The notes under the pieces are model-generated. The model was given only the letters and a program-made list of their open reading frames with translations. It did no database searches and was not told the origin of the DNA. Both the position numbers and the translations under genes were made by a program. This document shows positions 30,725 through 40,843 of a DNA stretch of 64,000 nucleotides, one piece after another (the first letter of the stretch is position 1; each line of letters begins with the position of its first letter). The stretch is from Latescibacteria bacterium UBA6620 (GTDB lineage Bacteria > Latescibacterota > UBA2968), in assembly GCA_002433075.1 (NCBI GenBank), contig DJHM01000042.1, forward strand, positions 2,804 to 66,803. Direction: 5' to 3'.

Positions 30725-32200
30725 GTGGGAAGAAGAGTGGGAGAATCGAACGAGCTTAACGCCAGATCGGCACACGAGTTGCTTCCCCTGATCCTGAAGG
30801 GCGAAATTACGGCACTCGTGGTATGCGAAGCCGTCCTTTCCGCGATCGACGCGCAAGACGCCGAAGTCAACGCCTACATCACGGTCGACAAGGAAGGCGC
30901 CCTCGCACAGGCCGATTCCGTCGACAAACGCCTCGCTAACGGCGAGGACGTCGGCCCCCTCGCTGGAATCCCCGTTGCACTCAAAGACCTCATCTGCACC
31001 CAGGGTCTACTGACCACCTGCGGCTCCAACATCCTGCCTGATTTCGTTCCACCTTACGACGCCACGGTCACTCAACGACTGCGACATGCTGGAGCCGTGA
31101 TTCCCGGCAAGCTCAACATGGACGAGTTCGCAATGGGATCCTCCAACGAGAATTCCGCCCGCGGACCGGTCCGGAATCCACACGCCACCGACCGGGTTGC
31201 CGGAGGATCCAGTGGAGGATCGGCAGCAGCCGTGGCCGCGAACGAAACGGTCCTCGCTCTCGGCTCGGACACAGGAGGATCGATTCGACAGCCCGCCTCT
31301 TTCTGCGGCGTCGTAGGCCTAAAACCCACTTACGGCCGCGTGTCTCGTTACGGCCTCGTCGCCTACGCCTCCTCGCTCGACCAGATCGGCCCTCTCGGCC
31401 GGAACGTCACCGACACCGCCCTCCTCTACGATGTCATTGCCGGACACGATAAAAGCGATGCGACGTCGGCCGACCTCGCATTCGAGCCCACGCTCCCTTC
31501 GATCAACAAGGGCGTAGAAGATTTCGTCGTCGGCGTGCCCACAGAGTATTTCGCTGAAGGGCTGGACGCCGAGGTCCGTGCGCGTGTCGAGCAGGGAATC
31601 GCCGCACTCGAGGCGGCCGGGGCAACGACCCGTGAAGTGTCCCTCCCCGTCGCCGGACATCCCGACTATGTCATCGCCAGCTACTACGTCGTTGCGACAG
31701 GCGAGGCCTCGTCGAACCTCTCCCGGTTCGACGGAGTCAAATACGGTCTGCGGGTCGAGGGTGAAGACCTTGGCGATACCTACTGTTGCACGCGCAGCGC
31801 GGGCTTCGGGGACGAAGTCAAGCGCAGGATCATGCTGGGCACCTATGCGCTCAGCGCCGGTTACTACGACGCCTACTACCTCAAGGCACAGCGCGTCAGA
31901 ACGCTGATCAAGCAGGACTTCGAGCGCGTGTTCGAAGACTGTGACGTGCTCGCTGCCCCGGTTGCACCCACACCCGCCTTCCGGATCGGCGAAAAAGTGG
32001 ACGACCCGCTGCAGATGTACCTGTCGGACATCTATACGGTAGCCGTGAACCTGGCTGGCATCCCCGGAATCTCCGTGCCGTGCGGCGCGTCGTCAGAAGG
32101 TCTGCCCATCGGTCTCCAGTTACTTGCACCTCCGTTCGAGGAATCGCGGCTCTTTCGTGCCGCCCGAGTCGTTGAATCCGAAGGAGGCTCCACCACGTGA
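30725..32200 (+). CDS. gatA: Glutamyl-tRNA(Gln) amidotransferase subunit A.
   Basis: Amidase signature [12 protein letters not shown] and catalytic Ser-cisSer-Lys residues. About 490 aa. Confidence 0.9.
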   Translation: MGRRVGESNELNARSAHELLPLILKGEITALVVCEAVLSAIDAQDAEVNAYITVDKEGALAQADSVDKRLANGEDVGPLAGIPVALKDLICTQGLLTTCGSNILPDFVPPYDATVTQRLRHAGAVIPGKLNMDEFAMGSSNENSARGPVRNPHATDRVAGGSSGGSAAAVAANETVLALGSDTGGSIRQPASFCGVVGLKPTYGRVSRYGLVAYASSLDQIGPLGRNVTDTALLYDVIAGHDKSDATSADLAFEPTLPSINKGVEDFVVGVPTEYFAEGLDAEVRARVEQGIAALEAAGATTREVSLPVAGHPDYVIASYYVVATGEASSNLSRFDGVKYGLRVEGEDLGDTYCCTRSAGFGDEVKRRIMLGTYALSAGYYDAYYLKAQRVRTLIKQDFERVFEDCDVLAAPVAPTPAFRIGEKVDDPLQMYLSDIYTVAVNLAGIPGISVPCGASSEGLPIGLQLLAPPFEESRLFRAARVVESEGGSTT

Positions 32201-33651
32201 GCGACTTCGAAACGGTCATCGGCCTGGAAGTTCACGCCCAGCTTGCCACTCGAACCAAGATCTTCAGTGGGGCACTCGTGTCGTTTGGCGACGAACCCAA
32301 CACCAACGTCACCCCCCTCTGTCTGGGCCTCCCGGGTACTCTGCCCGTCCTCAACCGGCAGGTCGTCGAACTCTCGATGCGAATGGGATTGGCCGTTGGA
32401 TGTACGATCCAGACACGCAGTCGATTCCTTCGGAAGAATTACTTTTATCCCGATCTGCCCAAGGGGTATCAGATCTCCCAGTATCAGAGTAACAATGAGA
32501 TGCCGCTGGCAACGGGAGGCGGCATTGAAGTCGTCACAGCCGACGGGGGCACGCGCTTCATCCGGCTCGTACGAATCCATATGGAGGAGGACGCCGGCAA
32601 GAGCATCCACGACGAACCGTTCGTTCCCCCTGGCGAATCCATGGTCGACTACAACCGGACCGGCGTTCCCTTGATCGAGATCGTCTCCGAGCCGGACATA
32701 CGAACCCCGGAAGAGGCTTCCCAGTTCGTCAACCGCCTTCGCGAAATCCTCGTCTACACAGGCGTCAGCGAGGGTGACATGGAGAAAGGCCACGTGCGCA
32801 TCGACGCGAACGTGTCCATCCGCCCTGTCGGGAGCGAGGAACTCGGCGTCAAGGTCGAAGTGAAGAACATGAACTCCGTTCGTAACTGCCAGCGCGCCCT
32901 TGAAGTCGAGATCGACAGACAGATCGATGTCGTCAATTCAGGCAGAGAGATCATCCAGCAGACCATGTTGTTCGACCCCGTTCGCGAGGATGTCCGCCCG
33001 ATGCGAACCAAGGAAGCGTCCGATGACTATCGGTACTTCCCCGACCCCGACCTCGTCCCCATCGTCGTCGATCAGCCGTGGATCGATCGCGTCCAGTCGC
33101 AGATCCCGGAGCTTCCAGCCGCCAAACGGGAACGGTTCGAGTCGGATCTGAACCTGTCGCAAGATCAGGCTGATGTTCTGACCGCAGACCGTCAGACCGC
33201 CGACTACTTCGAGGCCGTCATCGCGGTTGGAGTTGAGCCTGCCACTGCCGCGAATTGGGTCCAGGGCGACGTTCTCCGAACCCTCAACGAAGCGAAAATC
33301 GAAATCGACCAGCTTCGTGCGACCCCGGCGCAGCTCGCCGCCCTGATTCATTTGATCGATAACGGCACAATCAGCGCAAACGTCGCCCGCAAAGTCTTCG
33401 CCGAAATGGCCAGCACGGGCGACGATCCGTCCGACATCGTCGAGCGACAGGGTCTCGTACAAATTAGTGATGAGAGTGCACTCGAAACGACCGTCGACGA
33501 ACTGATCGCCGCACACCCGGACGAATTCGCCCGTCTCAAGGAAGGCGACAAGAAGCTACAGGGCTTCTTCATGGGGCAGATCATGAAAGCCACGAAAGGG
33601 CAGGCCAACCCGAAGATCGCCAGCCAGCTTCTGGCTCAGAAGGCGCAGTGA
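32197..33651 (+). CDS. gatB: Aspartyl/glutamyl-tRNA amidotransferase subunit B.
   Basis: [17 protein letters not shown]-terminus and a GatB/YqeY C-terminal domain. 4-nt overlap with gatA. Confidence 0.92.
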   Translation: MSDFETVIGLEVHAQLATRTKIFSGALVSFGDEPNTNVTPLCLGLPGTLPVLNRQVVELSMRMGLAVGCTIQTRSRFLRKNYFYPDLPKGYQISQYQSNNEMPLATGGGIEVVTADGGTRFIRLVRIHMEEDAGKSIHDEPFVPPGESMVDYNRTGVPLIEIVSEPDIRTPEEASQFVNRLREILVYTGVSEGDMEKGHVRIDANVSIRPVGSEELGVKVEVKNMNSVRNCQRALEVEIDRQIDVVNSGREIIQQTMLFDPVREDVRPMRTKEASDDYRYFPDPDLVPIVVDQPWIDRVQSQIPELPAAKRERFESDLNLSQDQADVLTADRQTADYFEAVIAVGVEPATAANWVQGDVLRTLNEAKIEIDQLRATPAQLAALIHLIDNGTISANVARKVFAEMASTGDDPSDIVERQGLVQISDESALETTVDELIAAHPDEFARLKEGDKKLQGFFMGQIMKATKGQANPKIASQLLAQKAQ

Positions 33652-35870
33652 CATCTTCACCAGCCGACGAGGGCTTCGGGAGCGCGAGACTCGACCCTCC
33701 GGACGACGTGATCGCCGGGAGCCGCAGAACCTGGCGATTGACCTATACGGCTGGCAACCACGCGATCCGCCCCGGCGGCAGGATCCGCATCTATTGCGAC
33801 AGCGACACCGACCGTGCCCTGCCCCAGTTCGGGGATCCATCCGGTCCCGACTACACGACCGTCACCACACCCGACGGAGTGTTCGCCGACGCGCTGGCTC
33901 CGAACTACAAGGTCCTGATCCTCACCCTGCACGGCCGAGATCTGCGGCCCGGCGAACAGCTCGTCGTTACCTATGGCGACACCTCGAGCGGCAGTCCCGG
34001 ATTCCGATCCCAGACGTTCCTCGAAAATCGCCACACGTTCGACATCTCTGTTGCCCGATCAACTGAAGACCCGCTCCATCCCCTTCCCGAATCGCCCGCC
34101 CAACGCATCGTGGGCGGGGACATTGATCGACTCGTGGTCGTCGCTCCATCGACAGCCGTCGTTGGTCGCCCCTTCCGTCTCCTCGTTCGGGCGGAGGACC
34201 CGTGGGGGAATCCAGCATCGTTGTTCAGGTCGCGGGTCACCCTGACCAGCGATGCCGTCAAGCTGCCTCAGTCCGAAATCGAATTCACGGAAGCCGAGGG
34301 TGGGGTTCGGTGGCTTGACGAATGTCGCCCGAGTAAAACCGGGCGGGCCACCATCGAAGCCGAAACGGATGGCGGTTGCGTCGGGCGGAGCAACCCCTTG
34401 AGAATCGAGGACGAATCTCCGGACCACGAACTGTTCTGGGGCGACTATCACGGCGGCCAGGTCGAGAACGCCGAAAAGATCGACGACTTCTTCCGCTACG
34501 CACGGGATGTTGCAGGCATTCAGTTCGCAAGCTATCAGCGGAACGATACGGTCCACTCGGACGCGGAGTATGCCGTCCAGCAGGAGGTCGAACGCGCCTA
34601 TCACGATCCCGGCCATTTCGTCGCCATCCCCGGATACGAGTGGTCCCCCGCAACACGCGTCGGAGGTCACCACAACGTCTACTTCAGGCGATTCGACCAG
34701 CCCATCCGCAGATGGACGAGCGCCCGTCTGCCTGGCCACGACACGCGCTACGACCTCCCCCACGTACGTGACCTCTACCGTGCCTTTCGCAACACGGACA
34801 CCGTCATCACACCCCACGTGGGCGGAAATCATTCCAACCTGCATTGGCACGATCCCACGGTCGAACCCGCGGTTGAAATCACCTCGGACCACGGCAGCTT
34901 CGAATGGATGCTGAAGGAAATTCTCGCCTACGACTATCGTATGGGCTTCTTCGGTGGAAGCGACAGCCACACGGGCCGCCCCGGCCGTGACAGTCCCGGT
35001 CACCAGCACCGGCGATACGCAAACTCCGGACTGGCCGGCGTCTATGCCGAGGACGTCACGATCGACGCGCTGCTCGACGCCCTCAAGGCTCGGCGCATCT
35101 ACGCCACGACCGGTCCCCGCATCCAGGTAAAGACCGAGGCCGACGGCCATCCGATGGGAGCCGAATATGCGACCTCTTCATCTCCTGAGATCAAGGCCTC
35201 TGTCACCGGTACGGCTCCGCTCGAGTCCGTAGAACTCTACCGGGGTCACGAACCCGTCTACGCCTACCCCATCGACACGCCGACGACACCCACTCGTGTC
35301 CGAATCCTGTGGGAGGGCGCCAGCCGTGAGACGAGCTACTCAGGCGTCGTGTGGGAAGGCTCGCTCAGCATCCTGGACGGGGAGCTGTCGAACGTCCACA
35401 AATTGCGTTTCGACAGCCCTCGCTCGTATCTGTCAGATACGCCCCCGGGGGGGATCTCGTGGTACTCAGTCACGTGTGGTTATCGAAGTGGATTTACCTT
35501 CGATGTCGACTCACAGGAAGCCCGTCTCGACCTCGCGTTTACGACGAGTGTGATGACCGGCCCGAAGTACGAGAACCGTGGAGAGAGTGGTGCGCTGCGC
35601 ATCGCACACGCACCTGCTGACCGAGTCGCTTCGACAATCCAGGTCGCCGAGCTTTCCGACGGACCTCGAGTCATCGATCTGGGTCATCTGAACCGCCGCA
35701 TCACCATCGCCCTTGCCCCCGAACCCACCACCGAGCACGTCGAACTTTCCTTCGAAGATCCTGCACCTCAACCCGGGGTCAATCCCTACTGGCTTCGGAT
35801 TGTCCAGGTCGATCAGGAAATGGCCTGGTCCAGCCCGATCTACGTCGACTTCGCGGCGCCTTCAGGTTAG
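33648..35870 (+). CDS. DUF3604-like putative metal-dependent phosphoesterase/hydrolase, with an N-terminal extension of about 260 aa.
   Basis: The C-terminal region matches the DUF3604 pattern (LFWGDYHGG...GYEWS...TPHVGGNHS...SDSHTG...GLAGVYAEDVTIDALLDALKARRIYATTGPRI). ATGA start/stop overlap with gatB. Confidence 0.5.
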   Translation: MTSSPADEGFGSARLDPPDDVIAGSRRTWRLTYTAGNHAIRPGGRIRIYCDSDTDRALPQFGDPSGPDYTTVTTPDGVFADALAPNYKVLILTLHGRDLRPGEQLVVTYGDTSSGSPGFRSQTFLENRHTFDISVARSTEDPLHPLPESPAQRIVGGDIDRLVVVAPSTAVVGRPFRLLVRAEDPWGNPASLFRSRVTLTSDAVKLPQSEIEFTEAEGGVRWLDECRPSKTGRATIEAETDGGCVGRSNPLRIEDESPDHELFWGDYHGGQVENAEKIDDFFRYARDVAGIQFASYQRNDTVHSDAEYAVQQEVERAYHDPGHFVAIPGYEWSPATRVGGHHNVYFRRFDQPIRRWTSARLPGHDTRYDLPHVRDLYRAFRNTDTVITPHVGGNHSNLHWHDPTVEPAVEITSDHGSFEWMLKEILAYDYRMGFFGGSDSHTGRPGRDSPGHQHRRYANSGLAGVYAEDVTIDALLDALKARRIYATTGPRIQVKTEADGHPMGAEYATSSSPEIKASVTGTAPLESVELYRGHEPVYAYPIDTPTTPTRVRILWEGASRETSYSGVVWEGSLSILDGELSNVHKLRFDSPRSYLSDTPPGGISWYSVTCGYRSGFTFDVDSQEARLDLAFTTSVMTGPKYENRGESGALRIAHAPADRVASTIQVAELSDGPRVIDLGHLNRRITIALAPEPTTEHVELSFEDPAPQPGVNPYWLRIVQVDQEMAWSSPIYVDFAAPSG

Positions 35871-35872
35871 CG

Positions 35873-36616
35873 ATGTCCACGGACCAACCCTGGTACGATC
35901 GTTTTTTCCAGCAGGAATACCTCACCTTCGACGACCATCCGACGACCGATCGTGAGATCGAATTCGTCGTGCGCACCCTCGACCTGAAACCCGAAACAAC
36001 CCTCCTGGACTTCGCGTGCGGCTACGGACGACACGCCCTTCCCTTGGCCAATCACTGCAGAGTCATCGGGCTCGACCGGTCCCCCAAGATGCTCTCTGCG
36101 GCTGTAGCGCGTAAGGCCCAAACCGGCTACGCCTCTTCGCCCCATATCGTCCGCGGCGACGTGCGCCAGCCTCCCTTCATCGAGGGTGCCTTCGACGCCG
36201 TCATCAGCCTCTTCTCGTCCATCGGCTACTTCGAAGAAGACGATGTGAACTTCCGAGTTCTGGCCAACATTGCTGATGCGCTCCGTCCGGATGGAGATTT
36301 CCTGCTCGAAACCGTCAATCGTGAGTTCATCGTGCGTCACTCCGCGCCCCAGCAGGTCTACCATCCTGAGGGAATGACCGTTATCGAAGAGCGAACGTTC
36401 GATCCCGTCTCTGGACGGTCCCACGTGGACGTCACTGTCATCCAGGACGGCAAAGAGACCCACCTCTGGCACACGATCCGTGTCTACGCATTCACCGAGA
36501 TCGAGATGCTGCTACAAGCCGTCGGCCTCCGACCCCTCGACGTATGGGGCGACTTCGAGGGAGGTCCCTACACGTGCGATAGCGAGCACATGATCCTTCA
36601 GGCGCGAAAGGCATGA
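35873..36616 (+). CDS. Class I SAM-dependent methyltransferase.
   Basis: Motif I LLDFACGYGRHALPLA and motif II DAVISLFSS. About 247 aa. 4-nt overlap with the downstream gene. Confidence 0.7.
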   Translation: MSTDQPWYDRFFQQEYLTFDDHPTTDREIEFVVRTLDLKPETTLLDFACGYGRHALPLANHCRVIGLDRSPKMLSAAVARKAQTGYASSPHIVRGDVRQPPFIEGAFDAVISLFSSIGYFEEDDVNFRVLANIADALRPDGDFLLETVNREFIVRHSAPQQVYHPEGMTVIEERTFDPVSGRSHVDVTVIQDGKETHLWHTIRVYAFTEIEMLLQAVGLRPLDVWGDFEGGPYTCDSEHMILQARKA

Positions 36617-37281
36617 GCGATCATCTCATCGTTTTCGCCAAGGACCCTAAACCCGGCAAGGTGAAGACGCGCCTCTTCTCCCGGTTCAGCCCCGAAGATG
36701 CGGCCGGCCTCTATCGGGCTTTTATTCTCGACACGTTAAAGAAAGCGCTCTCCGTTTCCGCGGATTGCCACCTGCTCTGCTACGCACCAGCCGACGCCGA
36801 AGTGTCGATGCGGGGGATCGCAGGCCAAGGATGGATCCTCACCCCCCAGAGTGAGGCGGACCTCGGTGTCAGGATGGCCACCTCGCTTCGCCACAGCCTG
36901 AACTCCGGCGCGGAGCGCGTGATTCTCATCGGAACGGACATACCCTCCCTCCCCTCCAACCACCTTACTCAGGCCTTTGATGCACTCAAAGACAACGACG
37001 TCGTCCTCGGCCCAAGTACAGACGGAGGCTACTACCTCATCGGTGTCAAAGCGGACCATCTGGGGCTATTCGAGGGCATCGAATGGAGTACCCCGACGGT
37101 TTTCGCCTCCACAACACGCCGAATCCAGTGGGCGGGCCTTCGTCTTGCCCTTGTCCCGCCCTGGTATGACGTGGACACGCCAGAGGAGGTCGCTTTCCTG
37201 GCCGCACACGCAAAAGCGGCGGGCGATGCGGAATGGGTACCCGAAGAGACACTCGCTTTTCTGTCCCGGCTGAAGGGATAG
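36613..37281 (+). CDS. DUF2064 (TIGR04282-like) nucleotide-diphospho-sugar-transferase-fold protein.
   Basis: N-terminus LIVFAKDPKPGKVKTRL is the hallmark of DUF2064 / 'rSAM/selenodomain-associated transferase 1'. The GPSTDGGYYLIG motif is present. Confidence 0.6.
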   Translation: MSDHLIVFAKDPKPGKVKTRLFSRFSPEDAAGLYRAFILDTLKKALSVSADCHLLCYAPADAEVSMRGIAGQGWILTPQSEADLGVRMATSLRHSLNSGAERVILIGTDIPSLPSNHLTQAFDALKDNDVVLGPSTDGGYYLIGVKADHLGLFEGIEWSTPTVFASTTRRIQWAGLRLALVPPWYDVDTPEEVAFLAAHAKAAGDAEWVPEETLAFLSRLKG

Positions 37282-37299
37282 AACCTCGTTGCCTTCTGT

Positions 37300-37840
37300 G
37301 ACGCACTCGTAATTTCAGGGCCAAAGGCCCGCCATTCTACAACCCAGCCCACCTGTCCCACCGAAGCCTTGGCGAAGGCGGACCGGGCTGGGTACCGTAA
37401 CCCAAATTCCCAAAAGCGAGGTCGCAGTCCTACAGACCGCACGGCGTTGTTGCGCACAATGACCCCGGGAGCGATGCCCTGGGCTGCAGAATGACGCGCC
37501 TTCAGCGCTGGCTACCGATAAAGCAGTCATCCCAGACGCAGGGCCAAAGACCCGCCCACCCTGCAATCTGCGAACAAGAACATTGTCACCCCGGTACGCC
37601 GTTTGGCCGGGGCCCATTTTGACTTTCGCGAAGATCAAAATGGGCCCCGGCCAGAAAACCGCCGGGATGACAATACTCGCGACGATCCTACCACGCGAGA
37701 CGCCACACCGGCGCGCCCTGTCGCGCCGATCAACGCTCCCCGGTACGATCACGGCCCGCTTCCCCGACTTCCCTCATCGGTTTCCATTCGATATCTTGAA
37801 CGCGCCTGCAAACGACACCACTCCGGTCCGACGAACGAAC
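37300..37840. repeat. Intergenic cluster of palindromic and direct repeats (REP/MITE-like).
   Basis: 48-nt near-perfect palindrome at 37605-37652 (ggccggggcccatttt / gactttcgcgaagatc / aaaatgggccccggcc). Direct repeats cagggccaaag[g/a]cccgcc at 37316-37333 and 37539-37556. The ORFs on both strands here encode mirror-like peptides (WPGPIL.FAK.KMGPGQ) and are artefacts of the palindrome. Confidence 0.5.
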
Positions 37841-37846
37841 TAACCG

Positions 37847-38818
37847 ATGGGGATCCCCGTGAACCGCAATCGCCTGCTCCTGCTATCCCTCATCATTGCC
37901 CTCAGTACAACCGCCGACGCCCAACCTTATCGATTCTCATTCGTCACGCACGGAGGGCCAGGCAATCCGTTCTGGAACGTCGTCATCAAGGGCATAGAAG
38001 ATGCCGGCGAGCGATACGGAATCGAGGTGCAATGGCTCAGCAATCCTTCCTTCTCGATCGAGGATATGCCCGAATTCCTGGACGACGCCCTCGCTCGCCA
38101 GGTGGATGGCATCGGCATCACGTGCCCCGACCCCGAGGCCATCCGCGAAAGCGTGGAGCGAGCCCAGGAAGCCGGTGTTCCCGTCATCGTACTCAACACG
38201 GCCGACCCGAACGCAGCGGGCCCGGATGCCTTGCCCACGATGTTCTACATCGGCGCCAGCGAGTTCCTTGGGGGGCAAAGCAATGCCAGGGCAATCCTCG
38301 CCGAGGCCGCACGCCGAAACGTCGAGCTCCAGCGCGCCGTATGTCCCATCCAGGAAATCGGGCACAGCGGGCTGGAAGCGAGGCTCGCTGGCTTCAAGAG
38401 CATCCTCGAACCCGCCGGTGTTACGGTTGACGGACTGACGATTTCCAATGACATCGAGCAATCGTCGGGTCTGCTGAGCGACTACTTCCTCAGCCATCCG
38501 CAGTCGACCGCAATCGCCACCCTCGGCCCGCTTCCCGCCGACGCATTCTACCTCTTTGTCGACGACAGCGGCCGGGACGACATCCTGCACGCGACCCACG
38601 ACACAAGCCCGGCCATCTTCGAGCGCATACGCCGCGGTACCACGATTCAGGCCATCGATCAGCAACCCTACCTGCAGGGGTACCTGGCCGTCGTTTTCCT
38701 CTACCTCAACCTCGAGTACGGGTTGAGCCTCGCGCAGGATGTTTTGACCGGGCCCTTCGCGATCGACCGGCACAACGTGGATCGCGTATCCAAACTCGTC
38801 GATCAGGGTGTCCGTTGA
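37847..38818 (+). CDS. Sugar ABC transporter periplasmic substrate-binding protein (RbsB/LacI-type fold).
   Basis: Signal peptide followed by a periplasmic-binding-protein type I fold. It sits upstream of a cognate permease and ATPase. Confidence 0.75.
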   Translation: MGIPVNRNRLLLLSLIIALSTTADAQPYRFSFVTHGGPGNPFWNVVIKGIEDAGERYGIEVQWLSNPSFSIEDMPEFLDDALARQVDGIGITCPDPEAIRESVERAQEAGVPVIVLNTADPNAAGPDALPTMFYIGASEFLGGQSNARAILAEAARRNVELQRAVCPIQEIGHSGLEARLAGFKSILEPAGVTVDGLTISNDIEQSSGLLSDYFLSHPQSTAIATLGPLPADAFYLFVDDSGRDDILHATHDTSPAIFERIRRGTTIQAIDQQPYLQGYLAVVFLYLNLEYGLSLAQDVLTGPFAIDRHNVDRVSKLVDQGVR

Positions 38819-40017
38819 TCCTGGGGACGCGCACCCGGCATATCCTCGCCCGCGAGCCGGCGGCCGGAGCAGGGGTCGGCTTCCTGTTCGTCTTCGCTTT
38901 CTTCACCCTCGCCGCCCCAGACACCTTCCTGACGCACGCATCTCTTTCTTCCATTCTGAGCAGTCAGGCCGTTCCAGGCATCGCAGCAATCAGCATCACC
39001 TTGCTCATGATCTCGGGGGAGTTCGACCTCTCCGTGGGTTCAATTCTGGCCGTTTCCTCCCTCGTTTTTCTCAGCTCCACTGTCGGCGGCACACCGATTC
39101 TACTCGCTGCGCTGCTCGGTATTGTCACCGGATGCGGACTGGGCCTGATCAATGGGCTCTTACTCGTCTGGACCCGCATCCCCTCGTTCATCGTCACCCT
39201 CGGCACGATGCTGGTCTTTCGTGCGATCCCATTGACCGCCGTGTCTGGTGGCCGCATCGTCCGCTACGCCGACTTCTCACGCGAGGACCCTACGATTGCC
39301 GTGCCTGGTCTCGTCGTGCTTCTGGGCGTGTCTGCCCTGACAGTCATTGTCCTCTGGATCGCCTTGCCCGTCCTTCGCCACCGGGAAGGCGCGACCCGTG
39401 TTTCTGCGGGACTCGCAGCGCTCGCGAGCCTCGTCGTCGTTTACATCCTGCTGCGCTCGCTCGACACGCACGGCCTCTCCCCCTTTGCGCGTGTCGAATT
39501 CAACGTGTTTCACATCCTCAATGGACGAGCCGACCTCGGGCTGCCCGGTACGAACTATCGAACTTCTATTGTCTGGTGGCTGGGGCTGACAGGGGTCTTC
39601 GCCTTCATCCTGCTTCACACTCGCTACGGCAACGCCGTCTTCGCCACCGGAGGGAATTCGGAAGCCGCCCGAGTACAGGGCATCGACGTCGACCGCGTGC
39701 GAATTAAGAGCTTTGTGTTATCCGGCGGGCTGGCGGCCCTCGCGGGCATCATCCAGGTGGCACGACTGAAGAGCGTCGATCCGCTCCGGGGACAGGGGTT
39801 GGAGCTCGAAATTATCGCCTCCGTTGTCATCGGCGGCACACTTCTATCCGGAGGCTTCGGGAGTGTGGCAGGATCGGCGATTGGCACAGCACTCACCGGG
39901 ATGCTCAGAACGGGGCTCGTCCTGATCAGCGTTCCCTCGAACATTTTCCGCGGGGCGATCGGCGCCATCATGATCGGCGCGGTGGTCATCAACACCTACG
40001 TCAGGAAAGATCGATGA
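38815..40017 (+). CDS. Sugar ABC transporter permease (RbsC/branched-chain-type).
   Basis: Ten predicted transmembrane helices. ISGEFDLSVGSILAVSS motif typical of ribose/xylose-family permeases. 4-nt overlap with the binding protein. Confidence 0.75.
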   Translation: MILGTRTRHILAREPAAGAGVGFLFVFAFFTLAAPDTFLTHASLSSILSSQAVPGIAAISITLLMISGEFDLSVGSILAVSSLVFLSSTVGGTPILLAALLGIVTGCGLGLINGLLLVWTRIPSFIVTLGTMLVFRAIPLTAVSGGRIVRYADFSREDPTIAVPGLVVLLGVSALTVIVLWIALPVLRHREGATRVSAGLAALASLVVVYILLRSLDTHGLSPFARVEFNVFHILNGRADLGLPGTNYRTSIVWWLGLTGVFAFILLHTRYGNAVFATGGNSEAARVQGIDVDRVRIKSFVLSGGLAALAGIIQVARLKSVDPLRGQGLELEIIASVVIGGTLLSGGFGSVAGSAIGTALTGMLRTGLVLISVPSNIFRGAIGAIMIGAVVINTYVRKDR

Positions 40018-40838
40018 CGCCGCTGATCGAACTGGAGGGCATCGGCCAGAGGTTCGGGCATATCACTGCCCTCTCCGACATCGATCTGCAGCTGCACGCC
40101 GGCGAGGTCGTCGCACTGTTGGGAGACAACGGGGCGGGTAAATCCACGCTCGTCAAGATCCTCTCTGGCGCCCACCGGCCCACGTCGGGCCGAATCCTGT
40201 TCGAGGGCCGCCCAGTCAGGCTCGATACCCCACAAGATGCGCGCGCACTCGGTATCGAAACCCTGTATCAGGATCTCGCGCTCATCCCCAGAATGAGCAT
40301 TGCCCGAAACTTTCACCTCGGGCGAGAACTGACCCGGCTCGTGGGTCCCGTCCGCGTGCTCGACCACGCGAGGATGAGCGCGCAGGCCTCGCAGGCGCTC
40401 GCGGACATCGGCATCCACGTTCGGAACACGGACGAGCCGGTCGTCTCTTTGTCGGGGGGCGAACGGCAATCGATCGCCATCGGCCGAGCCGTCCACTTCG
40501 GCAGCAAGGTCCTGATTCTGGATGAACCCACGTCCGCTCTTTCTATCGGCGAGACACGAAAGGTGCTCGGCTACATTCGCTCCGCGAGAGAGAATCGGAT
40601 GTGCGTCATCTTCATCACCCACAATCTGCATCACGTCTTCCAGGTGGCCGACCGGCTCGTGGTCCTGTCCCAGGGAAGGAAGGTGGCCGAACACCACAAG
40701 GATGAGGTGACCGAAGAACAGGTTGCCGATCTGATCATGAGCGAGCATCAAGAACTTGACGGTGAAGGACGACACCGTCACACTGAGCAGAGTCGAAGTG
40801 CCGGTTCCCCGAACAAGGGGCGCCAGCCTACTGGCTGA
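40014..40838 (+). CDS. ABC transporter ATP-binding protein with a single ABC domain.
   Basis: Walker A GDNGAGKST, signature LSGGERQ, and Walker B LILDEPTSAL. Confidence 0.85.
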   Translation: MTPLIELEGIGQRFGHITALSDIDLQLHAGEVVALLGDNGAGKSTLVKILSGAHRPTSGRILFEGRPVRLDTPQDARALGIETLYQDLALIPRMSIARNFHLGRELTRLVGPVRVLDHARMSAQASQALADIGIHVRNTDEPVVSLSGGERQSIAIGRAVHFGSKVLILDEPTSALSIGETRKVLGYIRSARENRMCVIFITHNLHHVFQVADRLVVLSQGRKVAEHHKDEVTEEQVADLIMSEHQELDGEGRHRHTEQSRSAGSPNKGRQPTG

Positions 40839-40843
40839 TTTCA

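Noticed and set aside
34059-35150. 363-aa ORF antisense to the DUF3604 gene, and similar long antisense ORFs at 7438-8556, 9637-10539, 17339-18154, 18537-19157 and 19805-20554
   Set aside because: All lie opposite well-supported genes. They lack start-site context and recognisable domains, so they are high-GC shadow ORFs.
37583-38430. ORFs 37583-37843(+), 37315-37752(-) and 37603-38430(+) across the repeat region and into the binding-protein gene
   Set aside because: The peptides mirror one another because of the 48-nt palindrome. The 275-aa frame is an Arg/Pro-rich alternative frame of the solute-binding-protein gene.
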